Shown here: piece after piece, positions 60,877 to 64,000 of the stretch
Numbering within the stretch: position 1 is the stretch's first letter
Layout of the letters: every line of letters begins with the position of its first letter
Assembly: GCF_024521635.1 (NCBI RefSeq)
Contig: NW_026250428.1
Coordinates: 372,001-436,000, forward strand
Length of the DNA stretch: 64,000 bases
DNA from: Tricharina praecox
Lineage: Eukaryota
Direction of reading: 5' to 3'
Position numbers and translations under genes: made by a program
Notes under the pieces: model-generated
The model's database searches: none
Told to the model about the DNA's origin: nothing
Seen by the model: only the letters and a program-made list of their open reading frames with translations

Positions 60877-63800
60877 GAGAGACGTTGTCAAACTTTGGAC
60901 ACCTGAAGATGTTAGCGCAAATAGGGTTAAGCGGCAGGTAATCGAGACCCAGAGCTATCTAGGGCGAGACAACGGTGCCTAGCGACGCCCACCTCGCTGT
61001 GGTTGTTCCCGCACAAAATCACGTTATCTCACTCATCCCGCTGCAGCTAGCTAGTGTATGGCCTTATTGGGACTAGTGCTTGGATCATTATCACGTGACG
61101 TGGACGACAGTCGGCGGGCATTGCACTGGGACTGTTTAAACTGTTCGTCTCATGCTTGGACGGAACTCAATTTTGGCAATTTGAACTGGACTATGGAGAA
61201 CACTGATTCTTGCACTCAATTGACGAGTCGGGAATTCTGTGTTCTCTAAAACCTTGATTTCTACGTCAAATGAGAAATAAGGATTTATTTATTCTCAAAA
61301 CTTCGGGCTCAAGCTTCTATCTACTGCAATTAACCGGCTTCTCCAGTTGAGAACCAATATTCTGTGATAACCTCTCTTTCCCGCCTCGCACTTCCGAACT
61401 TCAACTTTGCCTACCACACAAACGGAAGACGAAAGCATCCGGATTGTTCACACTCTGGTTTCCATCAGCACTGCAGGCTTTCAAGGTATCGGCGGATGTC
61501 TCCGAAGCATGTTAGCCAGAAAGAATCCGACAGTCCTACGGCGATTCTCCGGTCTCAGCGGCTTCTCCGGTGGAGCAATCCAAGCCATACCTGGTGCCCG
61601 AGGAGTATACTGAGGAGCTTCGGCCTTTGAAATAGTTTTCCGAATGACCCCCAGGACGTCCTACAGGCCGTCACCGATAGCAGTTTATCGATCGAGTGTG
61701 ATTTTCCTAGTTAAGCTTTCGGATCCTCCAAACTTCGGAGACTTTGAAGCTCTCGAAGCAGCTAGCTTAATCTACTCGGAAGGGAAAAGATGCTTTCACT
61801 TCCGACCATCTTTACGTCCATGTAACAGGTAGGTTCTATGGCATTTCACAGCTAGTCATCTCGCAAGACCGACCCTACAGCACGAGCCCAGGGGCGTCAA
61901 GAGCCAGCGGGGTCTCGGTAAAACTCGCGAACGGCACCGCTCAATTCTCACAGCTTTTTCAGCAGCATATCCAGCAAGCCGGTTGTTGTCCACTTTCCCG
62001 ATGGAATGGCTGGTAATTGCAATCGCAGATCCTTCCAGCGGGTAAGAACTCGATGCTCTTTATGGTGGTGAATCGTCCATCCGGACGTTAATCCAATCCT
62101 CATCCGATGGAGGGTGCGGTAGTGGTGTATCTTTTCTCCTCGATTCGAATTGAGGAGCCGCGTCAAAGTTTCTAGTCTCGGAGCGCGTTGGTTGGAGAGT
62201 CATCGTCTTCCCTTCCCTCCTATGGCAGTATGTTAAAAAATAGACGTCCGGAGATGGAGCGGCGAGATGTCGGACGCCCGCCATTACAAAGGAGTGGAAT
62301 GACACCGTCGCTGGCAAATAGCGAGAGACTGGGTACCTGATAGTATCATTGTTACATATCTCTTCCGGCCAGTACATTCTCTATACACCAGTCTTTGGGG
62401 AGGAGTCTCGTGAGAAGTTGTTGCTTCATGACGAGTTTCTTGGCAGCAGTTGTTATTTCATGGCGCGTTTTCTCCTCCCGACTCTCTTTGAGGAGGAGTC
62501 TTGTCCGCAGTTGTTGCATCAGGAGTGACAGTATCCACTTTGGTATGGTGGTTACTGTGGAAGTAGCGAGTTTTCTCTTCCCGATTCCATAGAGGAAGTG
62601 TCTTTCTCAACAGGTCTATCTTTGATAACAGTCCGAACGTGAGAATCCCGGATACTGCGGATAGACCGAGGGTAAAAGACACATACCGGCTATCCAACCG
62701 CGTATATCCCTTGGGAGGGATGTTAAATTAGGTCACGGTGCATGAGCACCTTTGCGATGTCCGGTGCGCTCCCGACGTCCCGCAGTAGGCTATTCTGGAA
62801 CTCGGAACACATCGTTGATGTTTGAAGACCCATGACAGTTGTTGGACGAGGTCTGCGAAGTCTCAGAGGTCTCGGTATGAATAGCATACTTCGCCGGTAG
62901 CGGGGTCTCTGTAGGAGCGAGACTCTGTAGGCTCGGCAGCCGAAACCGGCGTCACCGCAATTTCCGCAGTTTTCGTAAGTTCGGTAACCTGCGCGGATTT
63001 CGGGAGACGAAGCGGGAGAGAAAGGGATATAAATTCGGCTGGTAATGTCTGTGACATCGGAGGGGAATTCAGGAGATGACGAAAGCATTAAAAGGAGTGT
63101 TGTTATCCGTTGATAAGAGTGATTGGCTGGGTAGCTTTAAGTTGGTTGGTTGGTTGGTTGGCAGCTTTTTTTGGCTGACGAAGCTACTCTGTATTTATAC
63201 GTCTGGAAAAGTTGTAGAAGAATCCGAATGCCTTGTAAAGCCTTAGCTAATTTCACTTGTATAAGGAAACCGTTGGATGGACCCGCAGAAACAGTCCCAA
63301 TCGATCGAAGGCGCATACTCGATACCCACATGATTCGGCTTCTGAAGCACGCACAGTCCGTCTGACCAGGGCAATCGCCGTTTCCGTCAACTCATTACAT
63401 AGACCCTTCCGGATCTTGAATCTTCTAGGGCCTTCCGGACATCTAACTTTAACGGTGAGCATCCCGAGTGAGACTGCATAAGTACCGTTGGTTCAGCGTG
63501 CATCTTACTAGAGCCATCCATTATGTGTTCCACGTGCAGAGTAGTAATGTCAATCAGTCGGTATAGTATAGTGGTTAGTACGAAGCTTTGTGGGTTCCGC
63601 AAATCAGCTTAGACCCATGTTCGATTCATGGTACCGACAAAAACTTTCAACTTTTTTTTTTGTTTTGGACTCTACATTTTGGTGACTGACGTTCACAACT
63701 TCGGTTGTGCGAACTATCAAGTCAGATGGTAAGAAGATTGAAGTAAAGGTACATTGCATCTAGAAAAGGCAGGCTACAGAAATGATGGTCGAATGCAGAT

Positions 63801-64000
63801 GGCCTGTGTATAGTGCAATGGGAGCCTCGAGGAAGCAAGCCTCCCGGAGAACCCAACCGAGCCCGGGGCCAGCATTTCAACGCGGGTGTATCAAATGAAG
63901 TCCAAGTTAGTTAAGCTTTTGATTCAGCGAGAACAGGCAACAGAGGGGTTTACCGAATACAGCAGAGAAATACGCAATTTACATCATTTTCCTCCTCCGT

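Noticed and set aside
24100..64000. Starship giant transposon
   Set aside because: No DUF3435 tyrosine-recombinase captain or other Starship hallmark gene was recognisable in the window; one outside the window cannot be excluded.
61000..64000. Fragmentary ORFs at the window end
   Set aside because: Possibly decayed genes, but no family is recognisable and no spliced model could be supported.

Overview
Eukaryotic, intron-containing fungal DNA (filamentous ascomycete; the gene families and transposon remnants suggest Pezizomycetes, which is inference). The first ~24 kb is a gene-dense core block: the 3' part of the ribosome-maturation GTPase EFL1/RIA1, a large RS-rich protein ending in a COMPASS Shg1/BOD1-like domain, a DUF4604-like small protein, a Clb3/4-type B cyclin divergent from a C-terminal Zn2Cys6 transcription factor, and a CEP95/DUF5745-like protein. 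From ~24 kb to the end, the window is a repeat-rich accessory mosaic. It holds a caspase-like gene split by one in-frame TGA, an SPKK-repeat/PB1-like ORF with shuffled partial copies, and an orphan gene family present as one intact and one decayed copy. It also holds an intact lone cytochrome P450, Plavaka-, DUF6532- and Tc1/DDE-like remnants, a pseudo-RNase H, and a ~470-bp inverted repeat pair with a perfect 24-bp hairpin. The clearest unexplained structure is a short (TC)n-tailed retroposon-like element in three copies, two of them flanked by visible target-site duplications. All family assignments are by motif recognition only; no database search was run.
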